Origin: Paenibacillaceae bacterium
GTDB taxonomy: Bacteria; Bacillota; Clostridia; Lachnospirales; Lachnospiraceae
Assembly: GCA_015057715.1 (NCBI GenBank)
Contig: SVDS01000006.1
Location: forward strand, 7,140 to 71,139
Length of the DNA stretch: 64,000 nucleotides
Direction: 5' to 3'
A program made the translations under genes and the position numbers. The notes beneath the pieces are model-generated. The model had not been told where the DNA came from. It made no database searches and saw only the letters and a program-made list of their open reading frames with translations. Within the stretch, counting starts at the first letter, position 1, and every line of letters begins with the position of its first letter. Shown here one piece after another: positions 19,601 to 28,418 of the stretch.

Positions 19601-19768
19601 TTTTAAAGTAAACACCTTCTCATCCGTTTCATGAATCTCTTTCATCAGACGATAGGAGGTTTCACTGGTTTCCCGGTCCGACCAGTAGATACAGGTAGTT
19701 TTGGTCTTATTGACCGGATCCCAGGCAATGGTAAACTCCTGTGGATTAACAGATAACAGCCTTATCAT
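16622..19768 (-). CDS. Rhamnogalacturonan lyase (PL11, YesW/YesX-like beta-propeller) fused to a C-terminal SGNH/GDSL rhamnogalacturonan acetylesterase (CE12, RhgT/YesT-like); no signal peptide
   Basis: 1048 aa. FG-GAP/Ca-binding repeats (VADVNGDGEYEYIV, YDFNGDGKAEM, VADVDGDGCMEII, VADIFGDFREEIL). C-terminal about 240 aa carry IFLAGDSITQSYG (GDS block), GHND and DLVHLS (DxxH block). The N-terminus MIRLLSVNPQEF is not signal-like. Confidence 0.8.
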   Translation of the reverse strand: MIRLLSVNPQEFTIAWDPVNKTKTTCIYWSDRETSETSYRLMKEIHETDEKVFTLKKATFIPHYILICHIAEDGCVLEKESFVSPVHFHQEEQLEKLSRGLIAVKVKNGVFLSWRLFLNEVTGVSDGGDGLTGVNFRIFRNGVSLGVVTDSTNYLDSQGTEASVYCVAPVINGVESEPCGPVRVWEHDYLDIPVKKPAGGVTPSNETFTYSANDMSVADVNGDGEYEYIVKWDPSNSHDVSISGYTGNCILDCYQLDGTLLWRLDMGPNIRAGAHYTQFICYDFNGDGKAEMAVKTAPGTRMTRYGAGGEVVEEFYITMPQEDCNRGYSHSDSYVSGSEDYETHLCRLFAGWQEQPEVKAGQWPDTLEECFHIPPRWSYPLNGVQQKQAVDYFLDVYAPARSPKNRLREWEGFIFHGPEYLTMFAGDGKELDTIVFPFERVDDGLRWGDYAMPRIEPCNRVDRFLSGVAYLDGKRPYFIACRGYYTRAAIAAYSFFENRFLKEWVADSGFVPMKNPFCDNPHEKWGTDPVYGKLAGQGNHSLSVADVDGDGCMEIIYGAACIDHDGTLLYSLTGILPDGREAKLGHGDAMHVADIDPDRPGFEIFAVFEGAENAPYGYALRDGENGQIIFGKYAEEDLGRCMIGDVLEGVRGLQCWVNREGTYDCHGELMKNETLGTNMSIRWAGDLSTQITDGTDYLSQHPTGVINDWVHGTMLCPEHTETNNGTKGNPCLVADIFGDFREEILVRTKDSSAIRIYTNTEITGHKLFTLMHDTQYRCGVAWQNNCYNQPCYPKFYYGTDMDFRRVLPYMQQKPVIFLAGDSITQSYGDEERKQTGMGEKLLSCLDHDSSCQIRRCTADSFPQETRYESRRLVVDNCAMAGRSLKTFLEEGRLEDIKSRMKPGDYLFIQFGHNDAAASKEDRYVPLSQLSEYLELYVEAALEKGGYPVIISPVCLCPFDPDRKGEKEEIARLLPAYRDEMRKFAETRKVLFVDLYGLCEEFLWKAGEKTAVKCYTEDLVHLSEMGAGIFGQLLANEGKRFIIDGKTEV

Positions 19769-19786
19769 AATAATTCCTCCCTCTGT

Positions 19787-22414
19787 CTAGGCTTTCCGAA
19801 AGCTTTCAAACGACATTCCAGATATCAGGGTGTCCGCTTCCTCTAAACTTTTCGGCAGCTGATCTCTGATAAATTCCAGAGTACAAATAACATTTAAGCA
19901 CCACTGGGCTACAAAATTCGTTGAAATCCAGGGAATCTCCTGAAGTTCTTCCTGGTTTGCACAGTTTTTTAAAACAGTGGTTTGGAAACCGCTGTGATTC
20001 TCTTCACAAAGAAGAGCGTGAAGAAGGTGACTCCAGGTAGCTTTTGCAAGCATTTCATCGTTATAATACCAGGCTCCATAAGCTCCCATGGCAGCTGCCA
20101 TAAACGGAAGGGAAAACTCCCGGTCACCAATAATCCCCCCTGATTCCTCCAGCTGCTTTTCTCTAGGAAGATAATAGAATCTGCCGTACTCCGCCAGCAT
20201 CTCCTTCCAGATTGGATCAGAAATTAAATCTGCCATCTCCTGCCAGATCTGTGGCGCTCCCATACAGATCTGCAGGTGTGTCCCGCCTGCTGCCCGCTCT
20301 CCAATGTACCTTAAATGAACGGACTCAGGATCAAATTCAAAGTCTGGTCCTGATACCAGTCGGAGTGGGGCCATTTTTATATCCTCAATTCCCGTCCGGA
20401 TCTTATCCAGGTAACGGTTATCCTCAAACCGCTCCCACTGGGTCAGCCAGTTTGCACAAAGAGAAGACCAGTCAGGTCCGCTTCTGGCATGACTTTTATA
20501 GACCATTTCAGAGGAATTATAAAAATCTGCCAGTGGATCTTTTGCCAGGAACGTTTTTTCATTATCCTTCAGTTCCTCAAAGATATCCTCCAGTCGATGA
20601 TCTCCCGTCATATAGTAATAATACCGGTGATGTGCTGCCATGGCGATCCGTGCTTCCTTGCAGGGACAGCCCCAGTGGCGTACATTATGCCGGGAACCCA
20701 GCCCCTTATATTTTCCCATATGATATACATCAACCTCGGAAGCATGTCTGGTCAGCTTCTCTGCCAGGGAAAATGTTTCTGTTCTTCCGGAACGCAGAAA
20801 GGAAAGCCAGAGCCAGAGTGTGGGAACCAGTTCCGTATTATCCCAGGCGTAACCGCCCATATCATACCTCCATTGGTGGCGCTCCTTATCGTAGGTATGC
20901 ATAAAATCCCCATAATTAAAAAGCCCGTACCAGCCTCTTTGATCCACTTCTTTTTCATAGAAGACAGCGGCCTTCTCCAGCTGGTCTTCCAGCCAGATTT
21001 CCATCTCGCTTTCCCGTTTTGGCAGAGACCAGTACCCAAACGCACGGTGCTCATGATAAAATTCCGGAGTTCCCACGTACTGCGGGGGATGATTCACCTC
21101 GTTTGAAAATTCCAGAAGTTCTTCTTCGCTGGGAATGACTTCATCAAAGAACGCTACAGAATATTGGCTGGTGGACGCAATTCCAAAGGGGTCCGCCCCC
21201 TTATAATCATATCCCTCATAATATACCTGGTTATATCCACGGCTGGCATAATGTCTGAAATCCATTGCCTCGGCTGCGGGACTGTAAAGCCAGACTATGG
21301 CTTTCGCCTCTTCTCCTGTCAGACTGCGAAACGTATATCCGGAAGGATAGGTCTGCCAGAAGTCTCGGATAGCAAATCCCATACTTCCGTTTTCTCCTCC
21401 CAAAGCAGCAGCCCCTCCTGCTCTTCTTCCATGGAGACAGTCTAAGTAACACACACCTTCCTCTTTCATTTTCTTCTTCAGCCGAAAATGACTGGGACTG
21501 TCCTGACAGAAATCATATTCATCCCAAAACGGCATATCTTTCATGACTTTTTCCACAATTTCTCTGTCATTTTCCTGAAGAATCAACTGTTTACCAGCCA
21601 TCTGACTGGTATATACTGCTTCCGGCACCCTTGGTCTCCAGGTTAAAAGCTCTGCCAGTGCCTCATGAACCGTTCCAAAATCGCCTTCAAACCTTACATG
21701 CCGGTTATACATACTTCCTTTTACCGGAATGGTAAATTCTAACCCGATTCCTTTTAAAAAGTCTTTGTTTTCGTCCCCGTCATAAAGAAACGTATGGGTG
21801 AAATGAAGACGTTCACTGTCCAAACCAACATGAAGCCGAATAATAAAGGGAAGCTTTCTGTCCCCGTCTTTTGAAATATGGACCCCTGTGTATTTAATGA
21901 CAGCCTGTAGCGGTCCTTCCTCCTCCAGAGTGACTTCCTCCACAAAACCCTGGTACTGTTTTTGCAGTTGCCCTGTCATTTCATCTTTCGTAAACGGTTC
22001 TTCCAGCAAAAGTACTGGGGAGGCAGATGATACCCGGGTTTCTCCATGGACTGTCAGGCCCTCAAATAAAAAGAAACCTCTATAAGGAACATAAAAAGAC
22101 AAAGCCTCCGTTTTTATTAAAATCCCCTCTGTCTCCTTGCTAATGATCAGGCTACGTGATATCTTCTGCGTATTCCCATCAGCAGCCAGAACCTGGATTT
22201 CATCGCTAAGCTGGTCTGCACATGCAGAATGCGCCGTCCACTTGACTGAGCCGTCAGGCCAGTATGCCGTAATTCTGGACTGCATGTCAGCCTGGGTACC
22301 ATCCTGATTATTCAACACATAGGACTGATTTTTTCCGCACTCTCCCTGCTTCCACATGCAGCCCCAGGTGGTGTACCCCCGTTTCCGCCTGTCTTTTAAA
22401 TTATGCAGTTTCAT
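19787..22414 (-). CDS. Large conserved hypothetical protein, candidate uncharacterised glycan-active enzyme (position and size recall B. subtilis YetA)
   Basis: 875-aa uninterrupted ORF with no signal peptide or TM segment, embedded between the PL11 lyase and the ABC importer. I recognise no catalytic motif; the YetA comparison is from memory of locus architecture only. Confidence 0.55.
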   Translation of the reverse strand: MKLHNLKDRRKRGYTTWGCMWKQGECGKNQSYVLNNQDGTQADMQSRITAYWPDGSVKWTAHSACADQLSDEIQVLAADGNTQKISRSLIISKETEGILIKTEALSFYVPYRGFFLFEGLTVHGETRVSSASPVLLLEEPFTKDEMTGQLQKQYQGFVEEVTLEEEGPLQAVIKYTGVHISKDGDRKLPFIIRLHVGLDSERLHFTHTFLYDGDENKDFLKGIGLEFTIPVKGSMYNRHVRFEGDFGTVHEALAELLTWRPRVPEAVYTSQMAGKQLILQENDREIVEKVMKDMPFWDEYDFCQDSPSHFRLKKKMKEEGVCYLDCLHGRRAGGAAALGGENGSMGFAIRDFWQTYPSGYTFRSLTGEEAKAIVWLYSPAAEAMDFRHYASRGYNQVYYEGYDYKGADPFGIASTSQYSVAFFDEVIPSEEELLEFSNEVNHPPQYVGTPEFYHEHRAFGYWSLPKRESEMEIWLEDQLEKAAVFYEKEVDQRGWYGLFNYGDFMHTYDKERHQWRYDMGGYAWDNTELVPTLWLWLSFLRSGRTETFSLAEKLTRHASEVDVYHMGKYKGLGSRHNVRHWGCPCKEARIAMAAHHRYYYYMTGDHRLEDIFEELKDNEKTFLAKDPLADFYNSSEMVYKSHARSGPDWSSLCANWLTQWERFEDNRYLDKIRTGIEDIKMAPLRLVSGPDFEFDPESVHLRYIGERAAGGTHLQICMGAPQIWQEMADLISDPIWKEMLAEYGRFYYLPREKQLEESGGIIGDREFSLPFMAAAMGAYGAWYYNDEMLAKATWSHLLHALLCEENHSGFQTTVLKNCANQEELQEIPWISTNFVAQWCLNVICTLEFIRDQLPKSLEEADTLISGMSFESFRKA

Positions 22415-22451
22415 ATAATCCTCCGTCTGCGCAAAACTGCGCTTTTTTCAT

Positions 22452-22492
22452 CAAAAGAGGCGGTACGGCTCCTGCAAGGAATCCGCACCGCC
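22452..22492 (-). terminator. Hairpin/terminator after the solute-binding protein gene
   Basis: Minus strand reads GGCGGTGCGG...CCGTACCGCC followed by TCTTTTG. Confidence 0.5.
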
Positions 22493-22502
22493 CAGGCCAA
22501 AC

Positions 22503-24080
22503 CTATTTCCCGGTATCCTGCTGATACAGCTGATTGATTTCTTCGATCAGTCTGTCACCGCCTCTGTCCAGCCACTGTTTTGCAGCCGCGTCAAGACCCG
22601 CTTCATCTATCTGCCCGCAGACATACTGGGTTCTTGCATCATCAATGATCTGTTCGATATCTGTACCTACTTCTGCATTGACACCGGAATTTGCAAGATA
22701 ACCAAGTGCCGGATTAAAGACTGCAACCTTTTTATTTTCTGCATAAGCCTTATCCTGGGCAATGGTTGGTTCTGTCTTTTCCAGAACCGGTTCAGTGGAA
22801 GCAAGGTTTGGAATATAGCAGATGGTCTGATTTAATCCAGTATGAGGAGTCTGCTGAACTTCCAGATCATTTCTCACCACTACTTTGCCATCCTTTAAAT
22901 CATAAGTAACACCTTCAAGACCGTAATCAGCCAGAACAAGCATTTCATTGTCGCACATCTTATCCAGGAAATGGAGGCAGTTTTTCACATCCTCTTCTGT
23001 TTTTGCACCTGCTTTGGTGATCAGATAATAACCGTTAAAGCCGCTGGTAGCCAGTGTTTTTCCGTTAATCGGCCCTACCATGGTCATGGTGGCTGTCTTA
23101 GACGGATCTGTTACTGATTTTATATCATTTTGAATATAGTAGTTCCAGATTCTTTTTGCACTGTCCATAACATCTACGAATGCACCGGCTTCTCCCTTTT
23201 TAAGAGCATCACCAAATGTACCGGAATCCACAGTTGCCCAGTCTTTCCGGATCAGACCGTCATCATATATTTTCTTGACCCAGGTTAAGGCTTCTTTGTA
23301 TTCTTTGGTCTGATGAACAGGAACCAGCTTTCCATCCTGCGCCACCCACTCATTGCCGGTTCCAAACCAGGACTGCATAATATCGATAGGTCCTACATAT
23401 TTGGTCATTTCCAGCCCGTATGTATCATCCTTTCCATTGCCATCGGGATCTTCATAGGTGAATTTATAAAGCATGTTATAGACATCTTCCACTGTTTTCG
23501 GTGCCTGGGTAATGCCAACTGCTTCTGCCCAGTCGGTGCGGTAGGAAAAACCGAATCTGCCGATTTCTCTTGCGCGGTAAAGTCCGATGACTTTTCCGTC
23601 CACTGTCATGGATTTTAATACCTGGGGATCCGCCTTTGATAAATTGGGGTAGCTTGCACTGTCCTTAATAAATTCACTTAAATCCCAGAAAGCACCTTTC
23701 TTAGCCGCATCAACCACGTTCGCGGATAAATCCCCTTTTCCGGTGATAATCATAGGCATATTGTCTTTGTCCATGAGTACCAGACCCAGTTTTTCATTAT
23801 AGGTGTCATTTGCCTCCCAACGGAAATCCACATTGGTATTGGTATAATCTTCAAATTTTTTAATTACTTCATCAGAATGATCATTTTTCAGCTCAGTTCC
23901 ATAAAACTGGGTAACCATCATGGAAATAGATGCTTTTCCCTCTCCCGCTTCCGCCGTTTTTGACTCTTTTGACTCTCCAGCTGTCTGACTGGTTGTTTTG
24001 GAACTGCACCCTGCCATGGACAACACCATTGTACCGGCAAGGGTCACTGCCATTGCCTTTTTCCATACCTGTTTCATCAT
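22503..24080 (-). CDS. ABC sugar-transporter extracellular solute-binding lipoprotein (LplA/YtcQ-type, family 1)
   Basis: 525 aa. Signal peptide with lipobox LSMAGCSS. Large SBP typical of oligosaccharide importers in pectin loci. Confidence 0.85.
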   Translation of the reverse strand: MMKQVWKKAMAVTLAGTMVLSMAGCSSKTTSQTAGESKESKTAEAGEGKASISMMVTQFYGTELKNDHSDEVIKKFEDYTNTNVDFRWEANDTYNEKLGLVLMDKDNMPMIITGKGDLSANVVDAAKKGAFWDLSEFIKDSASYPNLSKADPQVLKSMTVDGKVIGLYRAREIGRFGFSYRTDWAEAVGITQAPKTVEDVYNMLYKFTYEDPDGNGKDDTYGLEMTKYVGPIDIMQSWFGTGNEWVAQDGKLVPVHQTKEYKEALTWVKKIYDDGLIRKDWATVDSGTFGDALKKGEAGAFVDVMDSAKRIWNYYIQNDIKSVTDPSKTATMTMVGPINGKTLATSGFNGYYLITKAGAKTEEDVKNCLHFLDKMCDNEMLVLADYGLEGVTYDLKDGKVVVRNDLEVQQTPHTGLNQTICYIPNLASTEPVLEKTEPTIAQDKAYAENKKVAVFNPALGYLANSGVNAEVGTDIEQIIDDARTQYVCGQIDEAGLDAAAKQWLDRGGDRLIEEINQLYQQDTGK

Positions 24081-24105
24081 AACACTTCTCCTTTTAAACT
24101 TTTAT

Positions 24106-25008
24106 TTATCCTTTTACAGAGCCAACCATAACGCCCTGCGTAAAGTACTTTTGAACAAATGGGTAAATACATAAAATAGGAATGGTGGCAACTACGGTTG
24201 TTGCCATCTTCACCGCTTTCTGAGGCGGCATTCCAAAGGCCCCCCAATCGAAACTGCTTTCATTAGCCACCTTGGAAGTGAGGAATATAATCCTCCTTAA
24301 AACAATCTGAATTACTTCCTTTGAGCTGTCTGAAATATACATCATTGCATTGAAATAAGAATTCCAGTGGGTAACTGCATAAAACAGGGCAACACTGGCA
24401 AGAACCGGTTTGGATAACGGAAGAATGATTTTAATAAATATCTGCCCGTCATTGCAGCCATCCATTCTGGCTGCCTCCTCAAGCTCCGATGGTAATCCCT
24501 GAAAGTAGTTTTTAATAATAAGCATATTAAAGGGATTGATTGCCCCCGGCAGCCACAGCGCCCAAAAAGAATTTTTCAAGTGGAGTACATTTGCCACCAG
24601 CATATAGGAGGGAACCATTCCTCCAGTAAAAAGCATAGTGATGATAACCATGTTGGTAAAGAACGTTCTTCCCTTAAAATAAGGTCTGGATAATGGATAC
24701 GCAAGGGTAGCCGATAACGTCATATTAATGATTACTCCCACGGTTGTTACAAAAACAGAATTTATAATTCCCTTTACTGCATCGCCGGTTTTAAATATAT
24801 ACTGGTAAGCATTTAAAGAAAGGGTGTGAGGGAATACGAAAAATGCCCGTTCTGTCAGTTCCCGTTCTGTAGCAAACGATCCTGCCACAATGTATACGAA
24901 GGGCAGCAGGGTAGCCAGTGCAAATCCCCCTACCAGTATGTAAATAATCACCTGAACCAGCTGGTCTCCCGGTCTTCGTTTTATTTTGATTGTTTTTGTG
25001 TTTGCCAT
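24106..25008 (-). CDS. ABC sugar-transporter permease (LplC/YtcP-type)
   Basis: Binding-protein-dependent transport EAA-like loop LEEAARMDGCNDGQIFIKIILPLSKP. Start moved to MANTKTIKI (25008), which removes the overlap with the upstream permease. Confidence 0.85.
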   Translation of the reverse strand: MANTKTIKIKRRPGDQLVQVIIYILVGGFALATLLPFVYIVAGSFATERELTERAFFVFPHTLSLNAYQYIFKTGDAVKGIINSVFVTTVGVIINMTLSATLAYPLSRPYFKGRTFFTNMVIITMLFTGGMVPSYMLVANVLHLKNSFWALWLPGAINPFNMLIIKNYFQGLPSELEEAARMDGCNDGQIFIKIILPLSKPVLASVALFYAVTHWNSYFNAMMYISDSSKEVIQIVLRRIIFLTSKVANESSFDWGAFGMPPQKAVKMATTVVATIPILCIYPFVQKYFTQGVMVGSVKG

Positions 25009-25024
25009 CTTATGAACCTCCCCA

Positions 25025-25993
25025 TTAATAGAATCCTGATTCCCCAAACAGCTTTGCAAGCTTATTTGCTCCAAGTACCATGATCATACAGACAATGGAT
25101 TTAAACATACCTGCTGCCGTTGCCATGGAATAATTGCCATTTACAACACCTTTTGTGTAGATGTAAGTATCAAACACATCGGATACGGCGCGATTCATGG
25201 AATTCTGCATCAGGAAAATCTGTTCGTAGCCGGTATTTAAAATAGTGCCCACCTTTAAGATCAGCATAATTACAATGGTAGAGCGAATGGCTGGAAGGGT
25301 AATGTGCCACATTTTCTGCCAGCGGTTTGCACCGTCCACTTCAGCCGCTTCATAAAGCTGTACATCAACGCCGGATAAAGCAGCCAGAAATATAATTGTT
25401 CCGTATCCGGTTTCCTTCCACATGTTCTGACCAACAATCATGGGAACAAAAAGTTTGGGATTGGACATGATATCCGGGGCATGACTCTTGCCAAATATTC
25501 CAATGAGCCAGTGATAAACCAGACCGTCGGTTGTGCTGAACAGCTGGGCAGTTAAAGCTGCCACAATCACCATGGAAATAAAATGGGGAATGTAAACCAT
25601 TGTCTGAGCCGCTTTTTTAAATGCCATATTCTTGATTTCATTTAATAATAGCGCAAGAAGAATGGGCGCTGGGAAATAAAAAATCAGGCTGGCTATGGAA
25701 ATAGAAAGTGTATTGGTTAAGATACGAATAAAATCCGGCCCGGTGAAAAATTTTCTGAAGACTGCCAATCCCACAAACGGACTGTGAAAAAATGCACCCA
25801 TCATGGTGTCTCCGTTATAAGGGCTGAAATCCTGGAATGCCATGATAAGTCCACCCATAGGCAGGTAATGAAAAACCAAGAGATAGATTACTCCCGGAAT
25901 GATCATTAGATACAGCCACTTATGAGAGCGGTATGCCTGCTTTAGGGATCCACCCCTTTTTTGCGGAACGAAACGTTCTGCTTTCTGACTCAT
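25025..25993 (-). CDS. ABC sugar-transporter permease (LplB/YteP-type)
   Basis: 322 aa, 6 TMS. EAA loop LYEAAEVDGANRWQKMWHITLPAIR. Confidence 0.85.
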   Translation of the reverse strand: MSQKAERFVPQKRGGSLKQAYRSHKWLYLMIIPGVIYLLVFHYLPMGGLIMAFQDFSPYNGDTMMGAFFHSPFVGLAVFRKFFTGPDFIRILTNTLSISIASLIFYFPAPILLALLLNEIKNMAFKKAAQTMVYIPHFISMVIVAALTAQLFSTTDGLVYHWLIGIFGKSHAPDIMSNPKLFVPMIVGQNMWKETGYGTIIFLAALSGVDVQLYEAAEVDGANRWQKMWHITLPAIRSTIVIMLILKVGTILNTGYEQIFLMQNSMNRAVSDVFDTYIYTKGVVNGNYSMATAAGMFKSIVCMIMVLGANKLAKLFGESGFY

Positions 25994-26113
25994 TGTCTCT
26001 CCTCCTCAATATTACGGGGATTGTCTTATGAAATTTGCTCCCCTGTTGTGAGGCTATCCTACACCAGGTATCTGCTTTTGTAAATAATCAGAATCAAACC
26101 TGATTTTTATCGC

Positions 26114-26159
26114 AAAAAAGCCCTGGATCCCCTTATAATATAAGGAGTTTCCAAGGCTT
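26114..26159 (-). terminator. Terminator after the AraC-type sensor gene
   Basis: Minus strand reads GCCTTGGAAACTCCTTAT-ATT-ATAAGGGGATCCAGGGC followed by TTTTTTG. Confidence 0.6.
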
Positions 26160-26198
26160 GGCCTTTAGAATTATCATTTTGTTTCCATCTGATTTTTC

Positions 26199-28418
26199 CT
26201 ATTCCCGATGCTCTTTACGAAAAGCCAGAGGGGTAATTCCTACCTGAGTTTTAAAAAAGCGAATAAAATTCTGTACATTATTGTAATTTAATCTGGCTGA
26301 AATTTCAGCGATGGGATCCTGGGTGGTTAAAAGCATATATTTTGCTATCTTCAGCTTTTCTTCGTTGACCATGTCCGTAAATGACATCCCCTTTTCCCGT
26401 TTTAACACCCGGCTGATATAATTGGGATGATAGCTTAAGGCGTCGGCACACTCATTCAGGGTAATATTGCCGCTGCTGGTTTTAATCATGGCTGTTACCT
26501 TTTTTGCGATATCGCAGGAATTTAATTGCCGGTAATCGTTAAGGGCCTCCATCACCGGATTCAGTATTTCAGTAAATAAATAGGTGAAAAGTTCCTTTTT
26601 TCCGTAAATTCTTGATGCCTTGGTTAAGACATCGTACTGCTCGCTGTCAAAAATATCGGAAAGGGGCATGGAGACCTTTGCCGGTATATCAAGGATGGCT
26701 GTCAACAGACGGGTGACATAATAGGTTCGTTCCATGCCGGAAGCCCCTTTGATTTCAAGCCTTTCCAGGATCAGATCAAGCAGACGCCTGGCTTCTTCCT
26801 CATTGCAGCTTTCCACAGCATGAATCAACTCATCCTCCACAATTCTGTCATAAACATTCCCAGCCGGATCCATAAGAGAATAATCATCATAAAGAACCAG
26901 GGATGGACCATTTTCATTCCGGTCATGATTTTTGCTGTGTAGTGCTTCCGAGCATTCGTCATAGGCTCTTCTGGCATGGGTCAGTTTATGAAAGGTCCGG
27001 CTGATTCCGAAGGCTGTAGGATATCCGTATGCCTCCATGATATAATCCTTCATCTGCTTATAGACCAGCGCAGTCTTATGATCCTCTTCTATATCATCGT
27101 TTTCTCCAATCATAAATAACAGTGTGTGCTCATAGATTACCGGAGCCACAAAGAATGCTTCCTTCACTTCTAAAGGAAGGCCAAGCAGGATCTTTCTGTT
27201 CAGCTCATCCTGCTCCTCCTGGGTCAGATTCTTTTCTCTTTCATCAAACTTACAGGAAACTCCGATCATGCGGTAGGAATGAAACGCCTCCATGCCATAT
27301 TTCTTCATGGTATCCTGTATCCGGTCCATATTCAGCTCGCCCTTTACAAGGTTTGACACAAACAGCTCCCTGATCTGCACATTCTGATCATCCACAAATC
27401 TCTGGAGCTTCAAAAGAGGTTCCGAAAAAACAGAAGCAGCAAAGCGTAAAAGAACCAGGATTACTCCAAACGCAGCGATAACTGCCACAGAAGCAAACAC
27501 AAATACAATACCGCCCTGTTTCATTTTCTCGGTATCCATTCCAGTTATGTAAACAAGACCGTTGCTGCCGGAACGGCTGACACGATAACGGTATTTTTTC
27601 CCTTTCGGTGATGAAAAAAATCCTCCGTCTGTCTTCTCACTGTTTCCCGATTTTAAAAATGCGGCTGTAAAATCAGGATTGGTTTCCATTAAGACCTTCC
27701 CCTGACTTAACACACTTACATCATAACCCATTTTTTGATATGGCTCAGTCAGAGATCCAAGCTGCTTCATATTCAGCTGAACCGTGAGCAGGTAGACCAG
27801 TCCGGTACTGGCGTACTCTTCCTTTACAATGAGCAGTTCTCCTGACGTATCAATAAATCCGGATTCCTTTGCTCCTTCCTGATAGGGCCCCGATACATCC
27901 GTCCGGTTCAGCCAGTAAAGAGATAAAGGAACTTCTTTCTGATCCTGTAAAAACTGGTCTGTCTCTCTCCTGTTTTTTAAATCGTTATAGTTATACATTC
28001 CAAATTTGCTGAGAACCCATCCTTCTTTTACGTTAATAAAATTGTAAAAACCGATGTATTTGGATAAAAAGTAGTTGCCCTGAAGCATATTCTGGGCCTG
28101 CCTCACTTCTTTGTACTGGGAATAGGGAACATCCTTTTGATTGACCAGCCATTTGATAGAGGTGCTGCTTGTACTGTCCAGATAATATTCCCTGACAGAA
28201 GAAAAAAGGTTCTCATACTCATTCGCCACACTATTGCAGTAAGATTCCAGCGCCTGTCTGCTTTTTTCTGTCTCTCCATTTACATAGATGATGTAAGAAA
28301 CCAGTCCCATAACAATAAGTGGAACTGTTACAAGCAAAAGAAACTGGGTAAACAGGCGTTTTTCATATTTTCCGTCTTTTATGGCAAACAGATTTTTAAT
28401 CTTTATATCAGTTAACAT
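26199..28418 (-). CDS. Membrane-anchored AraC-family transcriptional regulator with extracytoplasmic sensor domain (YesS-like)
   Basis: 739 aa with two TM helices (about aa 25-45 and about aa 305-325) flanking an approximately 260-aa loop. C-terminal double HTH ...ALSYHPNYISRVLKREKGMSFTDMVNEEKLKIAKYML...NVQNFIRFFKTQVGITPLAFR. Confidence 0.8.
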   Translation of the reverse strand: MLTDIKIKNLFAIKDGKYEKRLFTQFLLLVTVPLIVMGLVSYIIYVNGETEKSRQALESYCNSVANEYENLFSSVREYYLDSTSSTSIKWLVNQKDVPYSQYKEVRQAQNMLQGNYFLSKYIGFYNFINVKEGWVLSKFGMYNYNDLKNRRETDQFLQDQKEVPLSLYWLNRTDVSGPYQEGAKESGFIDTSGELLIVKEEYASTGLVYLLTVQLNMKQLGSLTEPYQKMGYDVSVLSQGKVLMETNPDFTAAFLKSGNSEKTDGGFFSSPKGKKYRYRVSRSGSNGLVYITGMDTEKMKQGGIVFVFASVAVIAAFGVILVLLRFAASVFSEPLLKLQRFVDDQNVQIRELFVSNLVKGELNMDRIQDTMKKYGMEAFHSYRMIGVSCKFDEREKNLTQEEQDELNRKILLGLPLEVKEAFFVAPVIYEHTLLFMIGENDDIEEDHKTALVYKQMKDYIMEAYGYPTAFGISRTFHKLTHARRAYDECSEALHSKNHDRNENGPSLVLYDDYSLMDPAGNVYDRIVEDELIHAVESCNEEEARRLLDLILERLEIKGASGMERTYYVTRLLTAILDIPAKVSMPLSDIFDSEQYDVLTKASRIYGKKELFTYLFTEILNPVMEALNDYRQLNSCDIAKKVTAMIKTSSGNITLNECADALSYHPNYISRVLKREKGMSFTDMVNEEKLKIAKYMLLTTQDPIAEISARLNYNNVQNFIRFFKTQVGITPLAFRKEHRE

